Under the pieces are notes generated by a model. That model worked only from the letters and a program-made list of their open reading frames with translations, did no database searches and had not been told where the DNA came from. A stretch of DNA of 63,997 bases, counting the filler, from Jimgerdemannia flammicorona (Eukaryota), in NCBI GenBank assembly GCA_003990765.1. It is 3 parts of 3 records of this genome, joined end to end, with 100 filler letters (N's around TTAATTAATTAA, not from the genome) between each part and the next. Parts side by side here need not be neighbours in the genome. Positions count along the whole stretch, not along the records: positions 1 to 21,445 come from RBNJ01001452.1; 2 more parts are not named here. The stretch is one strand, 5' to 3'. Each line of letters begins with the position of its first letter. The stretch's first letter is position 1. Of the stretch, positions 1 to 12,938 are shown one piece after another. The position numbers and the translations under genes were made by a program.

Positions 1-206
1 AACCCCACCGCCGCTTCGGCGTCGCTCAGCGCCTCGCGAAACTGCGAAAGGTTCAAGTACGCTTGAGCGCGGTTGGATAGCACGACGGCATCGTCCGGTT
101 TCTTCTCCAGGACTGCGGTGTAGCTCTTGATTGCGCCGAAGTAATTCTTGTGCCGGAACCGCTCGTTGCCCTCCCTTTGCAAATTGGTGAGGTCTTGAGC
201 TTGCAT
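1..206 (-). CDS. TPR-repeat protein, N-terminal part (continues beyond the window's left edge)
   Basis: Manual translation from ATG at 206: MQAQDLTNLQREGNERFRHKNYFGAIKSYTAVLEKKPDDAVVLSNRAQAYLNLSQFREALSDAEAAVG. This matches the TPR pattern (EGNxxF...AIxxY...SNRAxAYL...ALxDA). Missing from the ORF track because it has no stop in the window. Confidence 0.88.
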   Translation of the reverse strand, partial: MQAQDLTNLQREGNERFRHKNYFGAIKSYTAVLEKKPDDAVVLSNRAQAYLNLSQFREALSDAEAAVG

Positions 207-1961
207 GGTCTGTTGAGGTTATAAAATTTTGGGGCAACGCAGAGAAAACTCACCCACTTATACCTTATTGATCCATGATATCATGATGCGGGAATATCAG
301 TCTCGTGTTTCAATTCCACGGCTCACGCGATTTGATAGAGAATGGAAAGGAGGGACTACATGCAGCGTATATATATATTGAGCCCGAGAAAGCATTCGTA
401 AATCGTGAGCCGCCTGAAGGGTTGGATCGCAAATGTTGGGGTTGCTTTTTCCAATGTGGAGACTTTGGTTATGAGACATGCATATCTAATAACCAAATAA
501 CGTCTATTGCCTCATGTTGCCTGTTCACATAGTGAGTCGTGTAAAAGACGAGTGAGTTGTGTAACTAGCATAGCTAGAGGGTGTCAAGGGTTCGGCAAAA
601 GTGACTTTCATGCAAGACTAAGCCACCAACGTATATACGAAACGTCGAGCAACGGATTCAACACAACAATGGACAAACAACTCCACCACCTTCTAATTTA
701 AGCACCAATTACCTGCAACACCAACACACCCACAAGTTAAAAGATATCACTTTTCCTTTTCCAAGACCTATCTTCATCTGAAGATCAACTTGAAGATCAA
801 CCATCACAAAAATAAAAATCAGTTCGCAGTTACTAGTCATGTCCATAACCGTTCAAGTTCATATTATAGTTATTTAGTGCATATGACTGTATTTCTGTCC
901 CTTTGCATTTACTAGTTCAATGTAACTATTTAAAGACATATATTTATCAAGAGTTTAACAGAAAATAAAAATTATTTGAAATTATATGATTTAATAACTA
1001 TAATTAGATATTATAACTCTATATCAATATCTAATATATATATGTATAATATTGTTATATATACTTTATATATATTATTACTTACCAAAGAAGACAAGTA
1101 GGCGATTTGATATGAAAGAGTGTAGAAGAGTATAAAGAATGTGAAAGAGTATGAAGAACGTCAAGAGCAGATTCTTTGACTTAGTGATTATTCATCACGA
1201 TGGTGGTTTCTTCTCACCATGGCCTACTATAAACAGGCAAAACTGAGTTCCTATTGCCTCCTATAGAAAAACTTCATTAATAATAGAGTACTTCTGAATA
1301 AAAAATATTCTTCAACTCAGTGATTATTTGGTGGTTTCTTCTCTCTATAATTTGGCAAATCTGTTTGTGGTGATTTTATGATGACCAAACACCTGACATT
1401 CAGATCTCTCTTTTGTGGTGATAAAACAAGAGCTTGTAAACAAGGGCTCAAAACAAGGGCTTGGTTACAATGTATGCTATAATGAGATGTATATTTTGCA
1501 TTCATTGTTGCCATTTTATTTTTCTCATTTTTATTGCCACTAAGTTTATTACTACAGTGGGACTAGTACTGTTATAGAAACAACATGTGTACAGGTTTCA
1601 TTTGCACGCATGGTACCCTTTTATGGTTGTTCATGAATAGTACATATATGTCAATGAGTCTAGTTTAGCCACATTTGATATATTGGCCATTTTCGCTTTT
1701 AATATAGTGAAATGATGTCTGATTTTGATATACTTAGGGTTGTTGAAAAGCCACGATTCAGGGTTTTCTAGCAAGCCTAGGTATGTTAAAATTGGATGCC
1801 ATTTCGCCAAGATATAAAGCTGCAGGAAAATTTGCCTACATTCTAGATATGGATTGCCCATAATTACATAAACATTATAAAGCATAGACTGCAGTATTTC
1901 ACTCCAAACTTTCACAGGATGTTTGCCTACAATGGGGGTTATAGTATATATGCTTATACTC

Positions 1962-3175
1962 AGTCCTTTCTCTGCTACCATACTGGTCACAAGATTGGTA
2001 GATGACCTTCTGAGTCTCCTTTCTCCTACTTTTACCCTCTCTACCTTGAGTTGGTTTGCTATACCTATGAGAGCATAGTGAGAGGGAGGCAATGGTAATG
2101 AGTTGCCCCTTTATTGGTGTCAGATCAGTACTTTCTCTACTTTTGTATGTATAGTTTTTAGTACCTCTGACTATATCTGGAGTATATATATCTGTTTTGA
2201 TACAGCACTTTCTTCCTTTTGCTATTATCAACAAGATATTATCTTGATGTATCATAGACTATATAGAAAGTTGGCTGACCTTGGGCATCAAGTGTTAGTA
2301 TAGATTATCTATAGGTTCTCAGTATCTATAGTAGAATCCTCTAACTTTGGCAAGCTTTTCAGCAAGTACAGTTCTGGCATAGATAACTGCTTTTTAGATA
2401 AAGTTGGGATGGGAGAAGAGATGGCTATCACAGATAGGTAGAAGGATGATAACAGTAGACTAGTAGAGTGTTAGGCTGGAGGTGATCATCAGAGTTGGTA
2501 TAGATATTATCTCATGGATCCTTTTAATTAGCTGGCAGGAGAGTGGGTAGTGTAAGAGCCAGTGTCCTAGCTATACATAACTAGAACTAGAAGCTGATGT
2601 GGCAATGTAATTGAGACCTACAGGTTTGAGGAGTGGGTCCTCTCTTATTTAGTAGTATCTAACTAGAACCAGAAGCTGATATAGTAATATAATTGAGGCC
2701 TGCAGGCTTAGGGTATAGGAGTATGACTTTTTCAAGCCTTGGCCCATGTGTCAGTCCTTTTGAAGAAGTCTGGTATATAAGTTCTTTACTCACTTACTTT
2801 AAATCTATTCTGTCTTCTATTGGCTAGTTAGAGGGTTTTCTTTGCCTTAGATCTTTATTTAGAGTTCAGAGAGCTATTTTTTATTCAGTTCTGGCATTAC
2901 TAGATCTAATATATTGGTATGCTCTCATATATATTGTTCATGATAATCTAGCCCTAGTGAACAGATATGTAAGTCTAGTCTATATAATAGAAGTCAGTAT
3001 ATTCAATATATATAGCTAGAATAATAAGATTGCAGGATAATTTGATAGTCTAGATTAATGAAGGGATAATGTCTGATGGGTAGTGGGGGAGGGTTTTGGC
3101 CTATATAGTCTAGGTTATCTTCTAATAAAAATTCTTGAGATATTGAGTCTCTTAAAAAAAAAAAAAAAAAAAAAA
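1962..3175 (+). mobile_element. ~1.2-kb non-LTR retroelement (SINE-like/non-autonomous), copy 1
   Basis: AATAAA at 3124, poly(A) 3154-3176, 16-bp TSD ATATATGCTTATACTC (1946-1961) / ATACATGCTTATACTC (3176-3191). Homologous to 41604-42987 and 57088-58203. Confidence 0.85.
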
Positions 3176-4968
3176 ATACATGCTTATACTCTGGATAAAT
3201 ATAGTATAGAATGAGATATTTTATACTAAATATTTTTACAGGCAAATTTGCCTGCACTATGATCTAAGAGATATATTTTTTTAATTATTATAAATATTAA
3301 ATTATTTTATATTAGTTTTCTTTTTATCATTTTGAATATTATAATATTTGAAGATTTCAGATCTCTGCTAAAGTAATTTAGTTTATATTAAAATGAAATA
3401 ATTATATTTTTATAAATTTTAAAATACTGGCTAATGTTTTTTATTATAATATTATAACTTTCCTATAAAGATTGAAACTTGGGAAATATGGGTAATTGTT
3501 TTCATTTTAATTATAATTTTGTAAATTTTATATTAATAATCTTAATTTTATATTTCTTTATTCTTCAAACAGCTAAATTATAATAAACATATTAATTTAA
3601 TCATTTTTTTAATATAATTTCAAGCTGCTCAGAGTAAGTGACAAATTAAATAAAGTTATTTACTTTGAGTCTCTCCTCATATCAATTTGTAGCTCATCAC
3701 TTGTAAGATAGTTAGACCTTATATATCAATCCTGGTCCTATATAATATCTCATCAACTAAACTAGTAATTTTCCATATTGTATGAACTATTCTCTGGGCT
3801 CCTTAAAAGCTTACTTCAATGTTCAAAAAGAAACTTCAAATATTCATATAAAAAAATCTTTACATGTGTCACAATCACTACTGTTTTTATGAATAGGGAC
3901 TTTTTCAGTATCTTTGATAGAGTTATGAATAAAGTTCAAACTGCAGCAAAGTGGCATGAACCACACAATATTTATTTCAGTAATGCAGTCATGCAATTCA
4001 CCCTAGCAATATTCATTTCAGCAGTGCAGTTATGCAATTCACCCTAGCTCAGTTTCACTCATAGTCTTAGCCTCCCTTTCAGTCTAACTTAGTCAAGTTT
4101 CAAGTATGCCAGTTTCAGCAGCCATAACACACTTCCTTCTTTCAGCACTCTTCATTAAGCAGACATTTTCTATCATATCTTTGTATCTTTAATTGATTTT
4201 TACATATCCCTCCCACCCATCCCTTTTGGAATAAATAGGCGAATGGCCCCCTCGCATATGGACGCGAATGGCGGGCCTTGAAAAGCCCAAACCCACGTCC
4301 GGCCTTTTTGTATTCTGGTTTTGCTTAACATTTTCAATTACTCCTTTTCACCATACTTTCATTTATTTTATAATCCACACATCATACATTTACTCTACAC
4401 GCAAACCCTCGCGTGCAAGACACTTTGGTGACGAATGGAAGGATAGGTGGATTATATAATTCGTCTATTCATGCAAATCGTTCATCCCTAAAAATTTCTG
4501 ATCCTGTCAATTTCTGTGACGACCGTGAGGTTCGCGAAAAAAAACAAAAAGCAAAAAACAAAAAACAAAAACGAAAAATAATTACTACAACAACCACACG
4601 GGCAAGCTCAAACTCATTGTACAGTTATCATTTCTGTAACGACGTCGAAGACATTTCACTTCCTTCGCCCTATGGAAATTTGTAATCACAATTTCCCCTT
4701 CAGTAAATGCTGCTTTCCATGGAGATTAGCACCCTTGCTTGTTGATGGCGGAAATGGCCGAGGCTTGCCTGGCACTATTCTAAAAATGATTCTCAACACG
4801 ACTTACATTTAAAACTTGCATTATATTAAGGCGAGCTTAGAGTCCGCCAATCAGGCTTGGTGAACCATTCGGTGTAACAAAGGATATTCCTTCGACCGCC
4901 TTAAACTTCTGTTTTTATAAACTTATCGTAACTTATTCCTCCTGACGTCCAAGTTACGCTTTCCGACA

Positions 4969-5844
4969 ATGGATTTGTACCAAATTGCCGCGGTCACCTT
5001 GAACGGAGCCACCATCGCCCTTGCTCTTCAGGGACTTTGGGATGTCATCCTCACTTGGAACCGTATCCCGCTCAAGAAGGTCATCATTCTCAAGATCGTC
5101 TTTACGATCACGTTTGCCGGCTTGGCCTGCATAGGATCCGTGCTACAGGCGCCCATCACTGGGTGTTTTGTCACCGCTAAGACATTCGCCGCACTCTTCC
5201 AAATCAGCATGACCGCCGCTGACTGGATCTTGCTTTCGCGAGCGACCACAGTATTGATAAGGAGGCCGAAATTCGCGATGGTTATGGAATATACATTTGT
5301 GATGATTAGATTTGGCGCCGGGGTGGCGGACATTATTCAGACGTATGCCATCGATGGCCCTCCGGGCGCCAAATGCATTTTCATACAGAATCACGTCACC
5401 GGGCTGGCCACGGCCTCCATCGACCTTGTCGTTGACATTTATGTGACCGCCGCCATAACCTTCTACCTTACAGTCTACACCACTAGGTTTGAACGGAATC
5501 TAACCAACCTGTTTGCCGCTCTCGTTTCTTCCAACCTTCTCCGTACCGTCATTCTCTTGATCTTCAACGCTTTTATGGTTGCCATGAGCCTTTCCCCTTC
5601 CTACCCGCAATGGGTATTAATCATCATCCGTTTAATGAACATTACGTACATCCTCACCCTCGTCTACGATTCGGACATTTTGAAGATGATGATAAAAGTA
5701 CAGGATAAGATTCATCTGCAGAAACAGAAACCGAGTATGGACCTTTCAGTGGAGTCGTATGTTGACCACGCACACCAGGCCTACGTTATAGACGATATGG
5801 CCAATCTGACGTCGTCCAACGCGGAGAGTAGCAATTGCCTTTAA
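4969..5844 (+). CDS. Intronless 7-transmembrane GPCR-like membrane protein, 291 aa
   Basis: Intact ORF with about seven hydrophobic segments. Cys at the start of TM3 (ITGCFVT) and in ECL2 (AKCIF), polar C-terminal tail, CpG retained. Confidence 0.78.
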   Translation: MDLYQIAAVTLNGATIALALQGLWDVILTWNRIPLKKVIILKIVFTITFAGLACIGSVLQAPITGCFVTAKTFAALFQISMTAADWILLSRATTVLIRRPKFAMVMEYTFVMIRFGAGVADIIQTYAIDGPPGAKCIFIQNHVTGLATASIDLVVDIYVTAAITFYLTVYTTRFERNLTNLFAALVSSNLLRTVILLIFNAFMVAMSLSPSYPQWVLIIIRLMNITYILTLVYDSDILKMMIKVQDKIHLQKQKPSMDLSVESYVDHAHQAYVIDDMANLTSSNAESSNCL

Positions 5845-6708
5845 TTCTTTCGGACAATAGCAGTCTAGTTTTCGATATTGTGGATTACCCAATAGTTTTC
5901 TTATGCCAAGTCGTCGGTTCCGTTTTTTTTTTTGTTTTTGCTTTCCGTTTTTTTTCGTTTCGACATATTTCCTCTGATTGCTTATGCAAATCGGTGGTTC
6001 TAGCAATAATCACTTACCATTATTACGTTTTGTAAGCGTTTTAATATGTTTGACTCGACGAATATTAGATGTATATATATTTCTTTGAAGTATATTCAAA
6101 TTGTATTTCTTAATATTAGGAATCATTGGAAATTCCACACACTAACTGGGTTTTTGGAGTCCGAGAGTTCGCCTGTTGGAAGTCTTATTGTGGCAACAAC
6201 CATGGTTGCACTAGGCCCAGACAAGATAGGCTGCGACGACAGAAAATACGTTTAAATGAATTACTGCACGACACCATTGCGAAACCCTTATTTCCGTGGG
6301 TTCGGTCTTCGGATCCTTGTTTCTATTCTCCAAAATCGGACCACGTGCAGGTAGTGGCCATCGCGTTGTGACATCCGATGATGCGATCCTTCTCAGGTAC
6401 ACTACATTATAATTTTTATTTAGCAATGGCCATTAAACCTGTGCATGCGAAGAGAAAAACCGAGATGTCACGCCAATATCGACCGAGATATGAACGCTTC
6501 ACTCTTGGAACAGGTTCATAGTTTCCGGCGCTTTATAGGTTGATTGAAATAATTATTATATGCAAGGATGTGAAGCATGCTACTGTTGATGAAGTGGTCA
6601 ATTACATCAGTGGATATCTTCGAAAATGGATTTTTGGCCTTTGGTTCCAAAATATCTCGGACGAATTCGCTCTCAGTTACGTGCCAGATAGATACATCGA
6701 CATACAAC

Positions 6709-6750
6709 ACGGCAACGGCAACGGCAATGGCAACGTTAACGGCAACGGCG
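6709..6750 (+). repeat. (ACGGCA)n hexamer microsatellite
   Basis: acggcaacggcaacggcaatggcaacgttaacggcaacggcg. Confidence 0.8.
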
Positions 6751-7719
6751 ATGATAACGCAATGACAATGTCAACGGCTACAAAAGCAAGGACACTGGCA
6801 ATAAAGTTAAATCAAAGTTAGAATATATTCATGCTGACGACAAGCTGATCCATACAATATGGAGAGACGCTACGGAAGTTAGACTGACCATAATTGCTAA
6901 TGCTGTTAAGTGCATTCGATTTATGGGCTATGGGCTATGAATTGCGAGCTGGACTATTGTTGCTATGTGACTATACTGTTGCGTGTATGCATAATATTTT
7001 TCTAGCACGGAAACCATTCTCTTTGTGGACCTTCAACAACGGCGACAACAATGTGTATTTGTCTCAACTAGGGCACGATCAACAAGCAAAAAAGTGTTCT
7101 TACCAGGATCTCTTATGCAATAAATATTCCGTTGTACTTTGAATAAATAATAATCGAGATCTCAATCTGTTGAGATATGCGCTTATATGTAGACGTCATC
7201 CACGCAACGGCATCATAGTTTATGTCATCAATTTAGAACGCGTAACTTGAGTATCAATAAACATCCTCGTCATTTCTCCCCGATTATACTGTAAATCCCG
7301 ACACAATCGAGGTCCTGGTGTGGTAGTATGCAAAATTCGCCCATCTCTCTGTTAAAAGCGCAGTGTGGCGTCAGCAAACTTTCCAGAAATCACAGCGTGG
7401 GAGTAGGAAAAAATACAAGCTATGTTTAATTTTTTTCAGATTTTATTGGTGACTAACGTAAGTGGAAGGTTTCTTGGCAAACTACCCAAATGTTGCACAT
7501 AACAATGCATACATTTTAGGTTTGCAAAACAGGGGTCCCCAAAACAGGCGCAAACAGCGGATGTCAAAGATGGAAATAGGACAAATGCACACATGTTCGG
7601 GTTTGCGAAGTGCACACAACGAAAAGGAAGCGCGATTTCGAACAATGCCAACGGCGCGGTTTCAGAAAATTAACGGTCGAAGGATTTACAGCTAATAGCG
7701 TTGGTATTCATACATATGA

Positions 7720-7782
7720 GTGCGTTCAGATCAAAATCGACCTTATCTCTCAATGAAATAAGGTCAGTTTTGATTTAAGCAC
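7720..7782. repeat. Short inverted repeat/hairpin (possible tiny MITE relic)
   Basis: Arm ATCAAAATCGACCTTAT pairs with ATAAGGTCAGTTTTGAT around an 11-nt loop. Confidence 0.55.
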
Positions 7783-8205
7783 GGTAATATGGTTGGTGAT
7801 ATGGTTGTGGATAGCGACTCCCGGTTAACTAACGAGAGTGGAAATCGGAATTTAGGTATAGACAGCTAATATCCAATATCCTGCTAATGTGTGATGCCCC
7901 ACCACTTAATATTTTTTGTAGGGTTTCATATGGACTGTGGGAGCACTTTACTAGTGTATATTAGATGGCGTAGCATCAAACCCTCAGCCCCTCAGATGCA
8001 AATTGCGTCATTGTACGTGGATTGCCGTATAGCAAAAATAAAAATAAAAATAAAAACCGTCTCCAATACTAACCCCTGCGTGTTGTAAAGATAAGAGTGT
8101 TTTAAGACTTATTTTTGAATAGTCTCCTATTTATCGACAACTTTCTCGTCAAGCTCTACGCCTGTGACAATGCTGTCAACTTCGTCAGACCTCTTCATCT
8201 CACAG

Positions 8206-8726
8206 ATGGCACCGCGCCGCAAAACCAAGCCTCTGGTGTCCCGCCGGGATCTTGAATTAGCCAAGAGCTGATTGCTCGCACTGGAACGCGACGAAGGAAG
8301 CACCGAGGTCGAAGCAGGGGAGAAGGCAGTAGAGAGAGAAACCCTTATCGTCGACAACGTATCTGTGCACAACTACCTCAAGTATGTCGACAACGAGCCA
8401 AAACTTCCGGCTAAAACACATGACTGATGAAAGGAAAGTCATAGTATATAAAATACCCCTGCGTCTCCACGGGCAGGCAATGTTTGAGATTAGCTACGGA
8501 TTCAGTTCATGGGTCAGCCCTAATTTTATATACGCGACCGAGGTGCAAAGGTCCGGCGTCTCAGCTAGATGGAGCATGTTTTGTGAATGATGTTAGATCA
8601 ACCCAACATTTTCCAATTGACCAAAAATATGGAGTCAGCACTAGTGACCTAACGATAGCTTTCTCGGTCAGGGTTCGCTTGCCATTCCTCCTGATAGCGT
8701 GCAGCAGAAGCATGCCTTGGCTGTAG
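8206..8726 (+). pseudogene. Degraded Uma2/PD-(D/E)XK-like nuclease family gene fragment
   Basis: MAPRRKTKPLVSRRDLELAKS*LLALERDEG...IVDNVSVHNYLKYVDNEPKLP, then a frameshift to RKVIVYKIPLRLHGQAMFEISYGFSSW and TSDLTI. In-frame TGA at 8269 (likely CGA>TGA). Family assignment rests on recalled resemblance only. Confidence 0.5.
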
Positions 8727-10944
8727 TCGCCACGCTCATTTGCTCGAGGTGGCGGCGCTGGGCATCGCTTCGCCTCTCTTGGGGTTTGAGTTAAGGTGCG
8801 AACTACGGGGTGTTTGGGGTGAGATGCCAAAGGTGTTCCAAAAAAATTGCACAAGCCGGAGGGAACAGAGTTTTTGAATGATATATTTAATTATGTACTG
8901 AACAAAGCATGAGCGCAAGCAAAGAGAAAGACCAATGGTAATGCTAATTTACGAAAGCATAAAACCTACTGGCAACTTCGCAATTGTTTATATTCCTATC
9001 CCACCTAATACACTCCATCCCAGCAGGCCTCTCGCATGCTAGTGAAATCCCCCAGCTCTCCGGCCCGCCCACGTTCACATTACGCAAGTCAACTTGGTGA
9101 TTTGGTTGCTCTTCGACACGGTTGGGTCGCCGCTCCAGACAACCAAACACGTGGGTGTCGTGAGTTCCTCAAAATAGAGGTTGTCAGATATCCGAACAGG
9201 TCACATCAAGATTGACGATACTGAATCTAAAAAGGCTTACACTGGCTTCTGAGTGTTGATACAAGACAGCAATTTTAGTCTTGTGACTGCAATCAGCAAT
9301 ATGGTGGCGTGCTAATTGTGACATAGTTCCCTTTGACGAAATACTAAGCCGAACAATATTAATGAGACCTGCTGTTGCTCTGAAGACCATGACTTACGTT
9401 CGCATGGTATTTGAGGCACTGAAGGGATAAACGATCGATAAAGAAGACGCTAGAACCAGTTAATGGAGGGGATGGGTGGTGGAGGTTCAAGTTGTGAATT
9501 GATTTCCGCTCCCGTACAAATTCGTTGGTAGTCATCATTTGACAATATATCAAAATGATGGCCCAGTTTAGAAAATAAGATAAGCGTCACCTGTATTTGG
9601 ACCATCGAATGGATTGTTTATTATTTCACACTTAAAACAGTGACAATGTTAATTTTTTTTTTTTTTTTTGATAGTGGAAGGGAGGGTAATGTGAAATGAT
9701 GATCACATCAAAATAAATGCCGCTAACACGGAATATCTATCTAATGTATCGAACAAAATGCGAGCTCGTGTAACATTTTGCGGACTCATTACAACCAAAT
9801 CCATACTCATTGCTCGCGTAATTCGTGACGCAGTGTTCTGGTTCGTAGAGGATATTAGAAAGTACGGAATAAGCAAACAAGCAGAAGGTGAAACTGTGAG
9901 AACGTACTCGCGCACAGTTTTAAGATGCGTTTGCTGATAGAAATTTTTCACATGAAAAGAAAATAAGAAATGTTGGAGCGCACACAGGTGGGCATTTGGG
10001 AATGTGTAAATATTATTGGTTCGAACTGGTCGTTCAGTGTGCAAAGAATTTGATCTGCTGATTCCTTACGTCGCCGTAATATGTAGTGATGTTTGTAAAG
10101 ACCGCAATGAGTGATGACGAAATATATATATAATCACTTAAAAACTCTAGAAACATATTTTACTAAATTTTTAGAGCTCATTAGAAATATTTTAATAATT
10201 AAAAAGTAGATTTCAAAAATTCCAATGTAAACGTGTTTCATCGACTAACTTGGTAAAATGTCAAGGAAATAGAATGTAGGCACCCACGTAATGATCAATT
10301 CATATAATGCCAACTGCGATTCCCATAATCAGATGCGTGGGACACAAACCCAATGCATATGGCCAAGCATCTGTTAGATGAAACAAATGAAAGCAATTAA
10401 ACAACAGAAATTTTTTAAGCACCTAGCACCTATACTCACTTCGGACACATTTTTGAAGGCTTGTCTGAAAACAGAATATGGAAAAGTAAGGCAGCCTCAG
10501 CCTTATCTACGAACCTGACGGAAATGTGGTCAATTTGGATATAACGGGTGGTACGCCAATGGCAGACATAGAATACAAAACACGAATATCTGCTCGAGAA
10601 GTTAAACGAGAACCCAGCCCCCGGTCGCTGCACGTGGCTATACGGTTGAGCATGGAACATTGTACGGGATGCACGGCGAGAAGACAACTAGACACTCATG
10701 TTACTATAAATTAATTAGTTCTCTAAATGTACTTATTTAATGGCTACCCGCTTGGCGTACGGTGTGAACATCTCTGCCACTATTCATCTCGAGAATGATC
10801 AATCTCAATAAATGGTTCGTACATGGCATATCTTGTGCACATGTGTACTTAAACGTATGATACAAGTACTCGAATTTATGGTGAAATTGCAGTGTATATA
10901 GCAGACATGAATCACCGCCTTCGAGTATGGTCCTTAAGTGCAAA

Positions 10945-11225
10945 ATTAATTACAGCACAGGAAATTGCGGCTTATGAGTATATACGGTCCTTGGGTGCAC
11001 AATGGACTACAGCTCACAAAAAAGCATGCACACTGCACACAAGAAATCGCGGCCTTGAGGCAATTACAATACACAGAAAATCGCGGCTTTCAAATTCATA
11101 ATTACAGAAATTCGTCCTTTGAGGCAATTACAATATGCAAGAAATCGCGGCCTTCGAATTCCTAATTACCAAAAATTCGTCCTTTGAAGGAATTACAGCA
11201 CACAAGGAATCACGACCTATGAGTG
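10945..11225 (+). repeat. Degenerate tandem repeat, ~64-65 bp unit (GAGGCAATTACAATA..GAAATCGCGGC..GAAATTCGTCCTTT)
   Basis: Units start near 11057, 11121 and 11186, with a partial copy near 10948. Confidence 0.7.
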
Positions 11226-12127
11226 CGTACGAATTTTTCGCGTGCAGCATGCCCTCAACGACGGCAATTTCTTGAGCGGTGTATTCGCCCAAAGGTTCAT
11301 TCAGAAGCTGTAAAAGCATATAATTCAATGATTTCATGTGTGCTGTCCACATCCATAAACTCTTGATTTCTTACAAGAGAAATTCGGTCACATAATCACA
11401 AGAAATCCGTTAGTTGGTCAGCTCGTGGATCGCATCAGATGAAACGACAATATCAACGAGACCCCCTTGTAGGACTGTCTTTTATACTTGGCCCATTCCC
11501 GCACGTGACCTGCTCCTCTCCACTTCGCAATTTGCGATAAAAACAAAAGTTGAAATACTTTTTTGCACATGAACCATTGATATTCTTTAAATACTACAAA
11601 ATATTAAGGGCTTGTCATTTTTGGATTTTACCACATTTTATATGCTCATGCCTATCAGCACCCTCTATTCTACGAAATACATGTATATATATACTGATGC
11701 CGGTGCCCTTGCAAGCTTTGTCTCCACACAACCTACCTATACACACATAGATCCTTCCTGGTCAACGCAATCCTTGAAGGTGAATAAAAAAATATGCGAA
11801 CAGTTAATCCTGGTCTCTCCCTCGCTCATTTCATCAACGTCGTTCCCTAAAAATAATTGAGAAAATACAAAAAGTTAATTCTGGTACGTCGATTCTGTTT
11901 CGCTTTCATTACGATGGTGTAAGAGAATAATTAGGTGATCAATACTCACCCTCCAACAGCACCTCGTGCACACTCCCCGCTGACGCTGTTGGCTCCCACC
12001 CCTTCAAGGACCAACATGTTGTGCACACTCGCCTATGTCTTTCCCTTAAATGGAATAGGTATTATTAAATCCTCCATCCTGGAATCTAAGAACTAGGATA
12101 CCTCCGTTAAAAGATGAAAGAAAATGA

Positions 12128-12938
12128 TTACCTCTTGGCGGGTTGCGTTCCAAACTCAATGTCTTCCATTACATCATCGGGATACTCAACCCCTTGCATT
12201 GAGTCGTGATATACAAGGGGAGCAGGCTCGACCCCCTCCATGGGGTCACCATGCTGCTGTATGCTGTTCATGAGGGCATCCGTCATCGTGATTGGCATTG
12301 GAGTCAGGATCGGAACAAAAGTCCCTATAGGATTAAAAAGCGTTTTCAAGATGAGTCAATATCCACACACTAGTGAATGGGAACTGAAAATTTGCTATTA
12401 TTTTATTAAAAGTCTTCATACCAGCAGCAGGAAACCCGTTCTCATTACATGGAGGAGGCGGCAGACGAGAGGCATTGATGCGGATGGTGTTGGCGGTGCC
12501 GACGGCATTGGCACGGATGGTATCAGCGGTGTGAGGGGTATGGCGCAGGTGGGAGCCAGTTCGGAAAGACCGGAAGGCGGCGCCGATGCGGGCAGCATCA
12601 CCTCGGAGTTCCTGGTGTGGGCAGAATCACGGAGGCGGGAACGGAAAGCATGGGCACGGGCGGCGTCGAAATCGACCACACCAGCGCGAAAGGCGTCGGT
12701 GTCGTCAGTGAGGACAGCACAGGTATGTAATGGGTAGGAAGTGTCGGGTTGGGGGATGTCCCCAGTGGAGGTGGCAGAGGAAAACATTAACCTTAAGAAC
12801 AGAAGCATGTTTGATTACTTACCTGAAGACGCGGAACTTGAACTTTGAAAGGAGAACCATCACCAAGGCCTGGATCATAAGAATGATCAGCACCCCAGTG
12901 GTGGTTTCCAGCAGGGTGATCAAGGAGAAGAAAGTCAT
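12128..12938 (-). CDS. Possible orphan multi-exon gene/pseudogene with N-terminal hydrophobic segment and Pro-rich region
   Basis: CACC-ATG at 12938 (MTFFSLITLLETTTGVLIILMIQALVMVLLSKFKFRVF). GTAAGT...TAAG (12822-12792, only 31 nt) joins it in frame to ORF 12416-12808. Joining ORF 12128-12349 needs a frameshift. GC/CpG-rich. Confidence 0.3.

Noticed and set aside
1631..2092. 153-aa minus-strand ORF
   Set aside because: Spans the junction between a retroposon insertion and its host site, so it is a chance chimera.
7462..7695. 77-aa ORF with faint HMG-box flavour (NAYIL...EKEARFRTM)
   Set aside because: Lacks the conserved Trp and spacing; too weak to call.
9000..10100. Possible minus-strand exons with a GTAAGT donor at ~9397
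   Set aside because: Could not assemble an open multi-exon model or recognise a domain.
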